Positions 13,623 to 28,819 of a stretch of DNA of 64,000 nt are shown here, piece after piece. This stretch comes from the human T2T-CHM13v2.0 reference genome, Homo sapiens: assembly GCF_009914755.1 (NCBI RefSeq), contig NC_060932.1; one strand, written 5' to 3'. The number at the start of each line of letters is the position of its first letter. The first letter of the stretch is position 1. The notes under the pieces were generated by a model that ran no database searches, was not told the origin of the DNA, and was given only the letters and a program-made list of their open reading frames with translations. A program made the position numbers and the translations under genes.

Positions 13623-13796
13623 CAGGCTATCTGTGAAACTGCTTTGTGATGTGTGGATTCATCTCAAAGTGTTAAACCTTACTTTTAAATACTGGTTGGA
13701 AACAATCTTTTTATAGAATCTGTGAAGGGAAATTTGGGAGCCTTTTAGGCCTATCGTGAAAAATCAAATATCCCCCAATAAAAACGAGGAAGAAAC
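13623..13796 (+). repeat. Alpha satellite monomer between Alu and provirus
   Basis: One ~172-bp unit ending in provirus TSD AGAAAC. Confidence 0.93.
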
Positions 13797-14383
13797 TTTT
13801 GGGGAAGCCATCCCCACACCACTTGGCGGGTACCCCAAGTCCAGCAGAGACAAAGGAATTAGAAAGAGACAGAGTAAGTGTTTAAAAGGTAGATCCAGGG
13901 GACCGGAGCTCCAGAGGCTTGCTCATGGCCCAGAGCTCTTTGGCTGTGCCTAATGTATTGGTTTACAAGCTCTTTGTTCTTAGGACAGATGGGAGGGGAG
14001 GAAGGGATGAGGAAAATGATTAATCAGTGAAGGAGAACTCGTGAGTCATTCAATAAGATGTATAGCAGTGGCCGTTTCTGTGAATTTCTTTGAGCAAAGG
14101 CGTGTGTCTAAACTACTTAAGATCTGTAACTTACTGGCACTGAAAAGGGTGAGAGTGGGTTTCAGGAGGAGCCAAGATATTTGTTTATAACTCCACTGCT
14201 TCAAGGGAGTGTTATCTCCCTGAGCAACCTGTGGAATGCCACTGAGCGATTATGCTCTTGGGGCATAAAGACATGAGGGCAATAAGGAGACTTTTCTGTT
14301 CAGAGGCCACCCATGGCTCCCCATGGGTGTTTCACAGAGGGGAGACCAACTCATCTGGCAACCCAAAAACTCTCTTTCCCACA
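13797..14383 (-). repeat. 3' LTR (LTR14C-like)
   Basis: Minus strand begins TGTGGGAAAGAGAG; direct repeat of 21775-22361; poly-A signal mutated to AATACA in this copy. Confidence 0.93.
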
Positions 14384-14401
14384 TGTCCACTCTTTTTTTC
14401 T
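14384..14401 (-). promoter_or_regulatory. Polypurine tract
   Basis: Minus-strand AGAAAAAAAGAGTGGACA directly before the 3' LTR TG. Confidence 0.8.
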
Positions 14402-14404
14402 GTA

Positions 14405-16425
14405 TTAACTTTTTTTGTTAATAACCGCCATTGCTATCATGGCTTGTTCACAGTGTCTGGCTTCTCCCAAAGGAGCCGTCAGCATCTGTAGACTAAAAAC
14501 AAACAGCATAAACAGACACAAAACAAAATACAGTTTGCAATTGCTGATCCACTTTGGTTTTAATCCACTTTAAAGGATTGGTATTAGAAAGGTCATCAGT
14601 GACTCCTGCAAGAATATCAGCTCCAGGCAACAGGCTGAGATGAGCCTGAGGTGCCTAAAAAAGTTGTTTTTTTCAGTTTAGCATTATCTAGTGTTAAATT
14701 GTCTTCTTTTCCTTGTAGGTGACGTCTAATCATCTCCTAGTGGTGTTCAATGGCATTGTAAGAGCTAGCAGTAATACAAAAATCAGAAGTATTCCAATCA
14801 CATTGCATTTGAATTCTATGCTCTAAGCTCATAATCCGTTCTCCCATCCAAATTACTGTTTGACGGAGATTATTAATTTGATTTGCCAATTTTTGATCCA
14901 TTTGGCTTTGGGAATTCCAAAGCTTAGAAGAATTTTTCTGCCAACTATCCACAAAGCCCACAGTTTGAATAGAAGAGTGCAAGGCAACACCAACAGCAGC
15001 AGCAGTAGTTGTGACAGTTATGAGTCCCATGATCACAGCTATTAAAGTAAATATGAAACTCTTTGATCTATTAAGTATTCCTTTTAGTACTTCAGTGACA
15101 ATATGGAGGGAGAGGCCTCCCAAGGTCTATTTAGGGAAACAGGTATCCAAACTCCTTCTCGGGCCCTAATCGGTAAAATGCTACTATCTTTATTAAAGGT
15201 AGAATTAATGCAGGTAAAAAGATGACAGTTGAGTCATGATATGGTTTGAGAATCAGGTAGGATATTAATCCTTCCCACTGCCAACATAAAAGGAGGTTTA
15301 ACACAACTATGCAATGGGACCATCTGATTAGAGGTCATGGCTACAACAAATCGCACTTTTTTTACTATGGATCTCTGTTTTATATTTTCCTCTCCAAATC
15401 TGAATTGGGGTTTGGGCCATCATTAATTTTTACAATTCTGGATGTTCTGGACTTATAATTGGATCAATCGTTTTTGGGCTTGGAGGAGCCATGCCCTTCT
15501 CCTCCCACTTAATAGGGTAATTTGTTTCAATTCTTCTATAAAATTTTGGTACATTATCCGGGTAGTTGTTTACAAAAGGAGTCTCTCTACAGTCTTCACG
15601 CTGTCCAGTACAAGTTACTGCAAAGTGTCCCGTAGGGGCCCAATCAATGATGATTCCAAAGGATTTGTTTTGCAGTACAGCAGTGCTGTTTGCAATACAA
15701 TCTTCCCAGGTTAACACCTCTAGATTTTCAGACCATTTAGTGGCCTGCCTAGGGCCGTGATTCTTATTAGGTTTAAATTTACTAATCTGGTGTTGTGTCA
15801 TAACACAGCCATGCTCAAGGTATTTAATAGTGTACACAGAGTGAAATGTTCTTCCACTGATTACATGAATAGAGGTTTTTGATCCATTATGTGCAGGAAC
15901 ATAAACCATCCAACTTTGTTTATCATAATTTAAACATCCTGCTGCTGGCCCCAGGCAGATGGGAGGAAAGTGATAACCAATGGAAACATTCATCAACATT
16001 CCTTCCTCCTCTGGATGAGTAGGACCTCAGTTATCTGTTGGTTCCGGCATCCAGACACTATCACTAACGTGAACCTGCACTGGGGGGTCTAACCATGTAA
16101 AAAGCCTAATCAGTGGTGGGAATGGAATGTAGGCCTAATAAGTGTAATTTTGGTCTGCCTCAGCTATGGGGAGACTCACCACCAGGGAGATTATTACAAG
16201 CATAGCTACCATTAGATTACTGGTTGTCAGAAGCTTGTTCTGAGACCTCAGTTTCTCTTCTGCAATGTGAGATAGTCTTTTCATCTGACCCCAAGTCGGT
16301 GGAGTAGCTTGGTGAGCTTTACTGGTTTCCATCTGCTCAACAGAGATGTTCATCTGAGCCATCTGATGAACTGGGGATGCAAGGATGTTCCGAGGTATTT
16401 TCCTCTTCCTTGGATTCTAGCTCAT
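14405..16425 (-). pseudogene. env: ERV env, disrupted
   Basis: Signal peptide (PPTWGQMKRLSHIA...LMVAMLVIISLVVSL), SU fragment 15430-15999, TM fragment 14737-15123 with degraded furin site RSKS, fusion peptide [27 protein letters not shown] and CDWNTSDFC; stops and frameshifts. Confidence 0.92.
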
Positions 16426-18990
16426 GGCACAGCTTAAGATGTTTTGTGGGTACCCTGAAAGGAAGCTAATTCTCTTCTTGTGAGACAAGCAAACTGGACC
16501 TCATGTAAAGATTTTGCCCTTTTCCCAGGTTTTGGTTCTGACGTCCTTCCACCACACCTTTTCCTTCATGAGGATTTATTTTTTGCCCTGTCAAATGCTG
16601 CTCTGCTTCCATTGTAACCTGACTTCTAGACAAATTCAAAAAATTTGAAGTGATAAGAGCCAACTGCACCTGCATATGGGGAGTAGAGTCTTCTCTGGTT
16701 CCCCCTTCTGTCTCTTGTTTTTGTAATTGAGATGTTAAGGTTCGATTATCCCATTCAACCATGGCTTGGCCTTGAGAATTATAGGGTATTCCAGTACTGT
16801 GCTCAATGTGCCATTGTGGACAGAATGCTTGTAAAGATTTACTATGGTAACCTGGGCCATTGTCTGTTTTAATCTTTTGGGGGATGCCTATGGCAGCGAA
16901 ACAAGAAAAAATAAATGTATTTTAACATGAGCAGCTGTCTCACCTGTTTGGTAAGTTGCCCAAACAAAATGAGAAAAAATATCTATAGTAACATGGATGT
17001 ATGAAAGTTTCCCGAATGAAGGTACATGGGTTACATCCATTTGCCACAACATATTGGAGATAACCGCTGTGGGTTAACACCAGTCCCTTCATGTGGCAGT
17101 TGTACCTGGCACTGAGGGCAATGTAGCACAATGTCTTTTGCCTGCCTCCAAGTAATTTGATATTTTTATTTAAGTCCTGCTGCATTAACATGTGTTAGGG
17201 TGTGAAAATCTTGGGCATTAGTAAGCACAGTGGAAACTAGTAAATCAGCTTGATCGTTAGCCCTTACAAGGGACCCAGAAAGATTACTGTGTGCTTGAAT
17301 GTGCATAATATAGAAAGAAAAACAGTGATCATGCACTGCCTTTTGTAAAAAAGAAAACAGCTTATACAGTTGTTCATCCACAAAATATTTAATGAGTGTG
17401 GTTTCTATGTATTGAGTGGCTTGGACAACATAGGCTGAATCAGAGACAATATTTACAGGTTGTTTAAAATCTTCTAACACAGGTATAACTGTCTGTAATT
17501 CAGCCCTCTGTGTCGACTGAAAGTCAGTTTGGATAATTCAGTTTTTAGGTCCTACATAAGCTGCTTTTCCATTGCTAGAGCCGTCTGTAAACACAGTCAC
17601 TTCTCTTTCCAATGGAGCACTATGGGTAATTTTTGGCAGGACCCATGTTATTAGCTTTAAAAACTGAAACATTTTGTCTTTTTGATAATGATTGCTAAGA
17701 ACTCCAATGAAGACAGCTAAATTTATTTGCTAATTGACCGAATTAAAAACGACTTGCCAAATCTGATTTTTGTTCATTGGAACTGTAATCTTATCTGGAT
17801 CTGAGCCACAAAGTTGAACAACTCTAAGGCGAGCTTGCCCAGTCAAGATACCGGGCTGATCCAAGTATACTGTGAGTGTTCTGACAGTATTGTGAGACAG
17901 AAAAGACCATTCAACTAAGTCTTCACTCTGAACTATAACCTCTGTAGATGAATGGAGAATAGGGAACACAATGAACTGTAATGGTAAACTTGAGTCTATT
18001 CTATTAACCTGGGCCTGTTTTATTTTTCCTTCAATCATTTGTAATTCTTTGGCAGCCTCAGGAGTCAGTTCTCATTTACTATTGAGAGCAGGGTCTCCTC
18101 TTAAAATAGAGAACAGATTAGACATGGCATAGATAGGGATCCCCAAAGTAGGTCGAATCCAATCGACATCCCCTAATAATTTTTGAAAATCATTTAAAGT
18201 TTTTAGAGAGTCTTTTCGAATTTGAACCTTTTGGGTTTAATTGCCCTTCCCTGAACCTGCATTCCCAAATATTGGAAAGGAGTGGCCATTTGAATTTTAT
18301 CTGGTGCTCTGAGCAATCCAGCTTTGGCTACAACTTCCTGTAAATAGGAATAACACTGGATAAGTTGGTCTCGATTTTCTGCCGCACACAGAATGTCATC
18401 CCTATAATGAATGATATACGAATCTGGAAACTGATCTCTCACAGGTTGAATAGCCTTCCACACAAAAGTTTGACAAATAGTAGGATTATTCAACACACCC
18501 TGCAGCAGGACTTTCAAATGATATCTGGCTGCTGGTTCCTTGTTGTTCATAGCAGGAATAGTAAAAGCAAATTTCTCAAAAACAGACTCTGCTGGAGGAA
18601 TATTAAAAAAGCAGTCCTTCAAATCTATAATATTAATAGCCAGTTTCTAGGAATCATGGTGGGGGATGGAAGCCCTGGCTGCAGGGACCCCATCAGCTGG
18701 ATGACTGCACTGACTGCTTGTAAGACGGTTAGCATGCGCCATCTACCAGATTTTTTGTTTATTACAAGCACCAGCAAATTCCATGGAGAAATTGTGGGCT
18801 CAATGCTTCCTTTGTTTAATTGCTCTTTGACTAATTCTTGTAGGGCCCCCAATTTTTCCTGAGAAAGCAGCTGCTGTTCGGCTCAAACATGATTTTGGGT
18901 CTTCCATTTTAAGGGAATAGGACTTGGAGGCTCAACAGTGACTGCCCCTAAAAATGGTAACCCAATCCTTTTTGGTCATTTTTTACAGTA
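16337..18990 (-). pseudogene. pol: ERV pol (RT-RNaseH-IN), disrupted
   Basis: ORF fragments with [27 protein letters not shown] (YMDD mutated), RNase[26 protein letters not shown]; many frameshifts. Confidence 0.93.
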
Positions 18991-19900
18991 ACCTATATGG
19001 GTTCAACAATGCCCATCTCCTGTTTTCCTAGGCCTTTTCTGGGAACATAGCCCACGTTTGACATTATTTTTTGACTAGCTTGACTGTACTGGGGAGAAGG
19101 GATTGAAATTCCTGTGCCCCATTGCTGAAGTAGATCTCTCCCCCATAAGTTAACAGGAGTGGGCATAATTAGAGGTTGTATTGTGCCTTCCTGTTCTTCT
19201 GGACCAAGACAAGGTAAGATAAACTTCTGAAGCAGTTCTGACTCCAAAAAGACCCACCAGGGCCTTTTCTTTGGGCCAGTTTTTTGGCCATTGATAAAGA
19301 GCTATGATAGAAACGTCTGCTCCAGTGTTGACCAGAACTTCAAATTGTTTTCCTTGAATAGTGTCCATACAAATAAGTCTATTGTCAGAGACTTGATTTA
19401 CCCAATAGCAGCATTGTCTGCTGAATTTGTGCTTCCAAATCCTCCTGTTCTTTTTTTCTGAGCTTTCTCCTAACTTAACATACAGTAAAAGCAAGAGTTG
19501 AGTGATTCTCTCACCTGGATTAGCACTCCAGGGAACAGTGGAGGAAGTAACAATTTGAATTTCTCCCTGGCAATCACAGTCCACTACTCCAGTATGTACT
19601 TGAATTCCCTTTAAGTTTAAGCTGGACCTTCCTTGTATAAGTCCCAGAGTGCCGTTTGGCAATGGGCCATAAATTCCTGTTGGGACCTTCCTAAGAGGCT
19701 CCCCAGGAAGGAGGGATATGGTTTTGATACAGCATAAATCTACTGCATCGCTTCTAGCTGTGGACGGGGACAATTGCTGTACATTTGTACAGGGATAGAC
19801 TGGGCTGGGAACACTCCATTTGGAGTTGGGGGCATCCCATCCTGAATTGGGAATGCCCCATTTTGAATTAGGGCCTGAGGCTGGCCCCTCTCTCCATTTC
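18948..19900 (-). pseudogene. pro: ERV pro (dUTPase-protease-G-patch), disrupted
   Basis: dUTPase motifs GRSSLNLKGIQVHTGVVD and RITQLLL, protease VNTGADVSII (DTG mutated), WGRDLLQQWG, G-patch GYVPRKGLGK. Confidence 0.92.
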
Positions 19901-21604
19901 CTGGCAAGGGCTATCTGCTGTTATCAAACTTTGAATGACATTGATTAGCCCAGTGCTTTCCTTTTTTACATCTGGGACAGGTACCTGGTTCCCTGCTTTT
20001 TCCTCCTGAGTTTTTCCTTTTTTGGCTATTTGCACACTCTCTTTTTGTATGTCCTATCTGTCCACAATTATAGCAAGATCCAGGGAACACTCGTGTGTTT
20101 TTTGTTACCTTTAGTCTAGCCATTGCCTGAGCAAGCAGGCTGACCTTATATAAGGGCCCTCCAGTGCCATCACAGGCTTTAATGTATTCACTTATTTTCC
20201 TCATTTAGATCTGCCTTTCCCTTAATAGGTCTAATTGCTGCCTGACATTCTATATTAGCATTTTCATAAGCAAGCAGCTGAATGATCACTTTCCTGGCAT
20301 GAGAATCCAAAATAGACTTTCGAGTCACGTCTTGCAAATGGGCGATAAAATCTGGATAACTCTCCCTTGGGCCCTGCTGAACTGAGTTAAAAGAAGGATT
20401 AGTAGTACCAGGGTCGTCAATATTTTCCTAGGCTCTTAAGCATATAGTTCTGAGCTGATCAATAGCCTCATCCCCCATTACCATCTGTTGATTTAGAGCA
20501 CCCCATGCCTGTCCGATTCCAAGCAATTGATCAGGTGTGATATTAATGGGAGGTTGGGCTTGAGCATTTCTGCATGCCTGATTTGTTGCTTCATCCATCC
20601 ACCAGGTTTTAATTTGGAGAAATTAAGAGGGGGACAGGGTGGATCAGGCTAATGATTCCCAATCGGTAAGTATTAAATGCCTGTTAAAAGGCACAGATTT
20701 TAACAAGGAATTAACATAAGGAGAATTTGGCCCACACTGTTTAATTGCTAGCTCTAAGTCTTTTAATATTTTAAAAGCAAATGTCTCCTGGCATTCTTGA
20801 GAATGTTCTCAAGGCTTCTCAGCTGGAGAATTAATTACTGGAAACTGCCAAGCATCCAAATCCCCCATTTCTCATGCCTGGCAAATGGATGCCTGAATTG
20901 TGCCTGTGCCATAATTTGTATTTGGACTGGCTCACAGCATTCCGCTATGATAATTAACAGGCGGACAAGCCTGGATCATTCCCTTACTGTAATTGGCTCT
21001 TGGGCAAGCCTGAAGCTTCCCTTCACCATAATTAATGGTGGGGCATGCAACAATGGGAGTGGCAAGTCGCATCTCAGACTCCCGTTCCAAAAATTCATAA
21101 GATTGAAGTGGGGGTGGTCATTCAGGACCTTCCCCTAAAGGAGCAGTAGGTGGCACTCTTTCTGCAGTAAGTGGAATTGTTTCTTTGATAAGTTTTTGGA
21201 AGTTAGCATATATAGCTTCCCATTTCTCCTCCTTTTTAAAAGTAGACTGTGATGGTTCACTTTGCTGATCATCAGACTCCTGATTATTAAACTTTTCTGT
21301 TATCCTGAAACTTCTCCTCCTCCTCCTCAGTGTGGAAGGGCTCCACTGCTGTTTTAATTGCTGACCACAAAGACCAAGCAGAGAAGGGAATATCATGGCG
21401 CTCTTGTGCTCCTTTTAAGGCTGATCCGAACTTGTCCCAATCTTTTATGTTCATCATTCCATATTTCAGGAACCAAGGAGAATACTTTTCTATGAGATGG
21501 AACTAAGATGTGAGGTTTTGGATACTCACAATTACCCCTCTGCAGTGTAATAACTGCCACACCAGGCATAAGTAATTAGCAAACTTACTGTGAGCCTGAC
21601 CCAT
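19740..21604 (-). pseudogene. gag: ERV gag, disrupted
   Basis: Starts MGQAHSKFANYL (myristoylation-type), premature stops; two NC zinc knuckles CYNCGQIGHTKREC and CPRCKKGKHWANQC in ORF 19911-20204. Confidence 0.92.
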
Positions 21605-21642
21605 ATTTTTCCGACATTACCATGGAATTCTCTGAGCTCCCT

Positions 21643-21650
21643 ACTTACCC
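21643..21650 (-). promoter_or_regulatory. Putative major splice donor in proviral leader
   Basis: Minus-strand GG|GTAAGT ~40 nt upstream of gag ATG. Confidence 0.6.
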
Positions 21651-21754
21651 ATAGAGCTTGAAGTGAAAAAGTACTCTGGCATCCTTTGTCACTCGTCCTC
21701 CACTTTCCACACTCTGCCGTTCCTTCACCGGATTATTTGTAGAGATTACAGGGA

Positions 21755-21772
21755 GCCCCATGTTGGGCAACG
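21755..21772 (-). promoter_or_regulatory. Primer binding site, tRNA-Lys1,2 type, degraded
   Basis: CGTTGCCCAACATGGGGC versus canonical TGGCGCCCAACGTGGGGC (4 mismatches), 2 nt after the 5' LTR. Confidence 0.85.
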
Positions 21773-21774
21773 GA

Positions 21775-22361
21775 TGTTGGGGAAACCACCCCCACACCAC
21801 CCGGTGAGTACCCCAAGTTCAGAAGAGTCAAAGGAGTTGGAAAGAGACAGAATACGGGTTTAAAAGGCAGATCAAGGGGGCAGGAGATCCAGAGGCTTCC
21901 TCAAGGTCCAGAGCTCTTTGGCTCTGCCTAATTTATTGGTTTACAAGCTCTTTGTTCTTAGGACAGATGTGAGGGGAGGAAGGGATGAGGAAAAGGGTTA
22001 ATCAGTGAAGGAGAACTTGTGAGTCATTCAATAAGATGTATAGCAGTGGCCGTTTCTGTGAATTTCCTTGAGCAAAGGCATGTGTCTAGACTACTTAAGA
22101 TCTTTAACTTATGGAGACTGAAAAGGGTGAGAGTGGGTTTCAGGAGGAGCCAAGATATTTGTTTATACTTCACTGTTTCAAGGGAGTGTTATCTCCCTGA
22201 GCAACCTGTGGAATGCCACGGAGCAATTATGCTTTAGGGGCATAAAGACATGAGGGCAACAAGGAGACTTTTCTGCTCAGAGACCACCCATGGTCTCTCA
22301 CATAGGTGTCTCACACAGGGGAGACCATCTCATCTGGCAGCCCAGAAACTCTCTTTCCCAA
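21775..22361 (-). repeat. 5' LTR (LTR14C-like)
   Basis: Direct repeat of 13797-14383; ends CCCCAACA on minus strand; AATAAA intact. Confidence 0.93.
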
Positions 22362-24506
22362 AGAAACTATCTAGGATACTGCCTTCTGATGAGTGGATTC
22401 ATCTCACAGAGTTAAACCTTCATGTTGATTCAACAAGTAACAAGTTGGAAACACTGTTTTTGCAGTAAATGCGAAGGGACATTTGGGAGCCCTTTGGGGC
22501 CTATGGTGAAAAATTGAATATCCCCAGAAAAAAGCTAGAAAGAAGCCCATCTGTAAAACTGCTTTGTGATGTGTGGAATTATGCCACAGAGTTAAACCAT
22601 TCTTCTAATTGAGCAGGTTGGAAATATCATTTTGTAGAACCTGCAAAAAGATATTTGGGTGCCCCTTGAGGCTTACGGTGAAAAACTGAATATCCCCAGA
22701 AAAAAATAGAAGCAAGCTGCTTGTAAAACTGCTTTTGGATGTGTGGATTCATTTCACAGCTTTAAACTTTTCCTATGATTGAGCAGGTTGGAAACACCCT
22801 TTTTGCAGAATGTGTGAAGGGACATTTGGGAGTACTTTGAGGCCTATGGTGAAAATCCGAATATCCCAAGATAAAAACTAGAAAGAGACTATCTGTGAAA
22901 CTGGTTTGTTTTGTATCATCTCACAGTGTAGATCCTTTTTTTTATTTAGCACGTTGGAAACACTATTTGTACAATCTGTGAAGAAATATTTGGGAGCCCG
23001 TTGAGGCCTATGGTTAAAAACCGAATATCCCCAAGAAAAAACTAGAAATAAGCTATCTGTGAAACTGCTTTCTGACGTGAGTATTCAACTCACAGATTTA
23101 AACTTTATTTTGATTCAACAAATTGAAAACACTGCTTTTGTAGTAAATGCGAAGGGACATTTAGAAGCCCATTGATGCCTATAGTTAAAAAATAGAATGT
23201 CCTTAGGTAAAAACTGAAAAGAAGCTATCTGTGAAACTGCCTTGTGGTGTGTGGAAATCACAGAGTTAAAACTTCTTCTGATTAGCATGTTGGAAACACG
23301 CTTATTTTAGAATCTGCAAAGGGACATTTAGAATTCCACTGAGGCCTATGGTGAAATACCGAGTATCCATAGTTGAAAACTAGAAAGAAACTATCTGTCG
23401 AACTTCTTTGTGATGTGTGGATTTATCCCATAGTATTACACCTTTCTTTTGATTCAGCAGTTTGGAAACACTCTTTTTTTAGGCTCCATGAAGGTAAACT
23501 TGGGAGCCTATTGAGGCCTATCATGAAAAACCAAATATCTTCAGAAAAAAACTAGAAAGAAGCTATCTGTATACTGCTTTGTGATGTGTGGATTCTCTCA
23601 CCAAGTTAAAAATTTCTTTTGATTCAGTAATTTGGAAACACTTTTTTTTTTTGTAAAATCTGCGAATAGACATTTAGGAGCCTTTGAAGCCTATGGTAAA
23701 AAAACAAATATTTACAGATAAAAACTGAAGGAAAGCTGTCTGTGAAACTGATTTGTGATGTGTGGATTTATCTCACAGAGTTAAATGTCACTTTTGATTA
23801 GCAGGTTGGAAACACTCTTCTTATAGAATCTGCAAAGGGGCATTTGTGAGCCCATTGAGGCCTATGGTGAAAAACAGAATATCCCCAGATAAAAAATAGA
23901 AAGAAGCTATCTTTGAAACTGCTTTGTGATGCGTGGATTCATCTCACAGAAGTAAACCTTTATTTCTTTCAACAGATTGGAAACACCCTTTCTGTAGTAA
24001 ATGAGAAGGGATATTTTGGAGCCCCTTGAAATCTAAGATGAAAAACAGAATATCCCCAGATAAAAACTAGAAATAAGCAATCTGTGAAACTGGTTTGTAA
24101 TGTGTGAATTCATCTCACAGAGGTAAGACTTACTTTAAATTAGCAGGTTTGAAACACTCTTTTTAGACAATTTGCAAAGGGACATTTGGGAAGCCATTGA
24201 GGCCTAAGGTGAAAATTCAAACATCCCAAGATAAAAACAAGAAATAAGTTATCTGTGAAACTGGTTTGCCATATGTTGATTCATCTCACAGAATTAAACA
24301 TTTCTTTTGATTGAGCAGTTTGTAAACACTCTTATTGTGTAATTTGTGAAGGGGCATTTGGGAGCCCTTTGAGGCCTATTGTGAAAAATTGACTATCCCC
24401 AGATAGTAACTCGGGAGAAGCTATCTCTGAAACTGGTTTGTGATGAGTGAATTTATCTCACAGAGATACAGCTTTATTTTGATTCAACAGGTTGGAAACC
24501 TCTTTT
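22362..24506 (+). repeat. Diverged monomeric alpha satellite, layer A
   Basis: ~172-bp units in register with the left flank of the provirus. Confidence 0.97.
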
Positions 24507-24948
24507 TTTGTCAAGAATAAATTCTTTAATAGAAAGATGTAGACATATATGCACAAGAAACAACAGCAAACAGGAAACCATAATCTCTCCAAATGGGCAA
24601 AGCAAAAAACCAGTAACTGACCCCATTGATATGGCTATATGTAAGCTGTCTAACCATGAATTCAAAGTAGTAGTTTTTTTCATGAAAATAAATTTAATCT
24701 TAACCCCTTAAGAGGATCTCAGGAAGAGGGGATCCTAGGACCACACTTAGACTTGATGTTCTAGGAAAATACAATTTACAAAAAATATATAATTTTTCAA
24801 CAAAAAAACTTCAGACCAATTTTACTTATGATTAAGAATGGAAAATTTTTAAATAAAATAACCAATAGCATATTAAACAAACAACATGATCAACAAGACT
24901 CATTCCAGAATGAAAGAATCCTTCAATATTAGGAAATCTGTTAATGTA
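24503..24948 (-). other. L1-mediated 3' transduction (~440 bp non-satellite DNA containing old L1M/L1PB-like fragments)
   Basis: Lies between the L1 A-rich tail and a terminal A7, inside a perfect TSD; minus-strand ATTAAA just before the terminal tail; plus-strand fragments resemble old L1 ORF1 start (SKKPVTDPIDMAICKLSNHEFK) and ORF2. Confidence 0.82.
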
Positions 24949-28814
<3,866 letters not shown>

Positions 28815-28819
28815 CCAAA

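Larger units (their letters stand above)
13797..22361 (-). mobile_element. Near full-length betaretrovirus-like ERV provirus, HERV-K14C (HML-9)-like
   Basis: Two 587-bp LTRs, 6-bp TSD AGAAAC (13791-13796; 22362-22367), Lys PBS, PPT, gag-pro(dUTPase)-pol-env order on minus strand; LTR sequence and length match my recollection of LTR14C. Confidence 0.9.
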
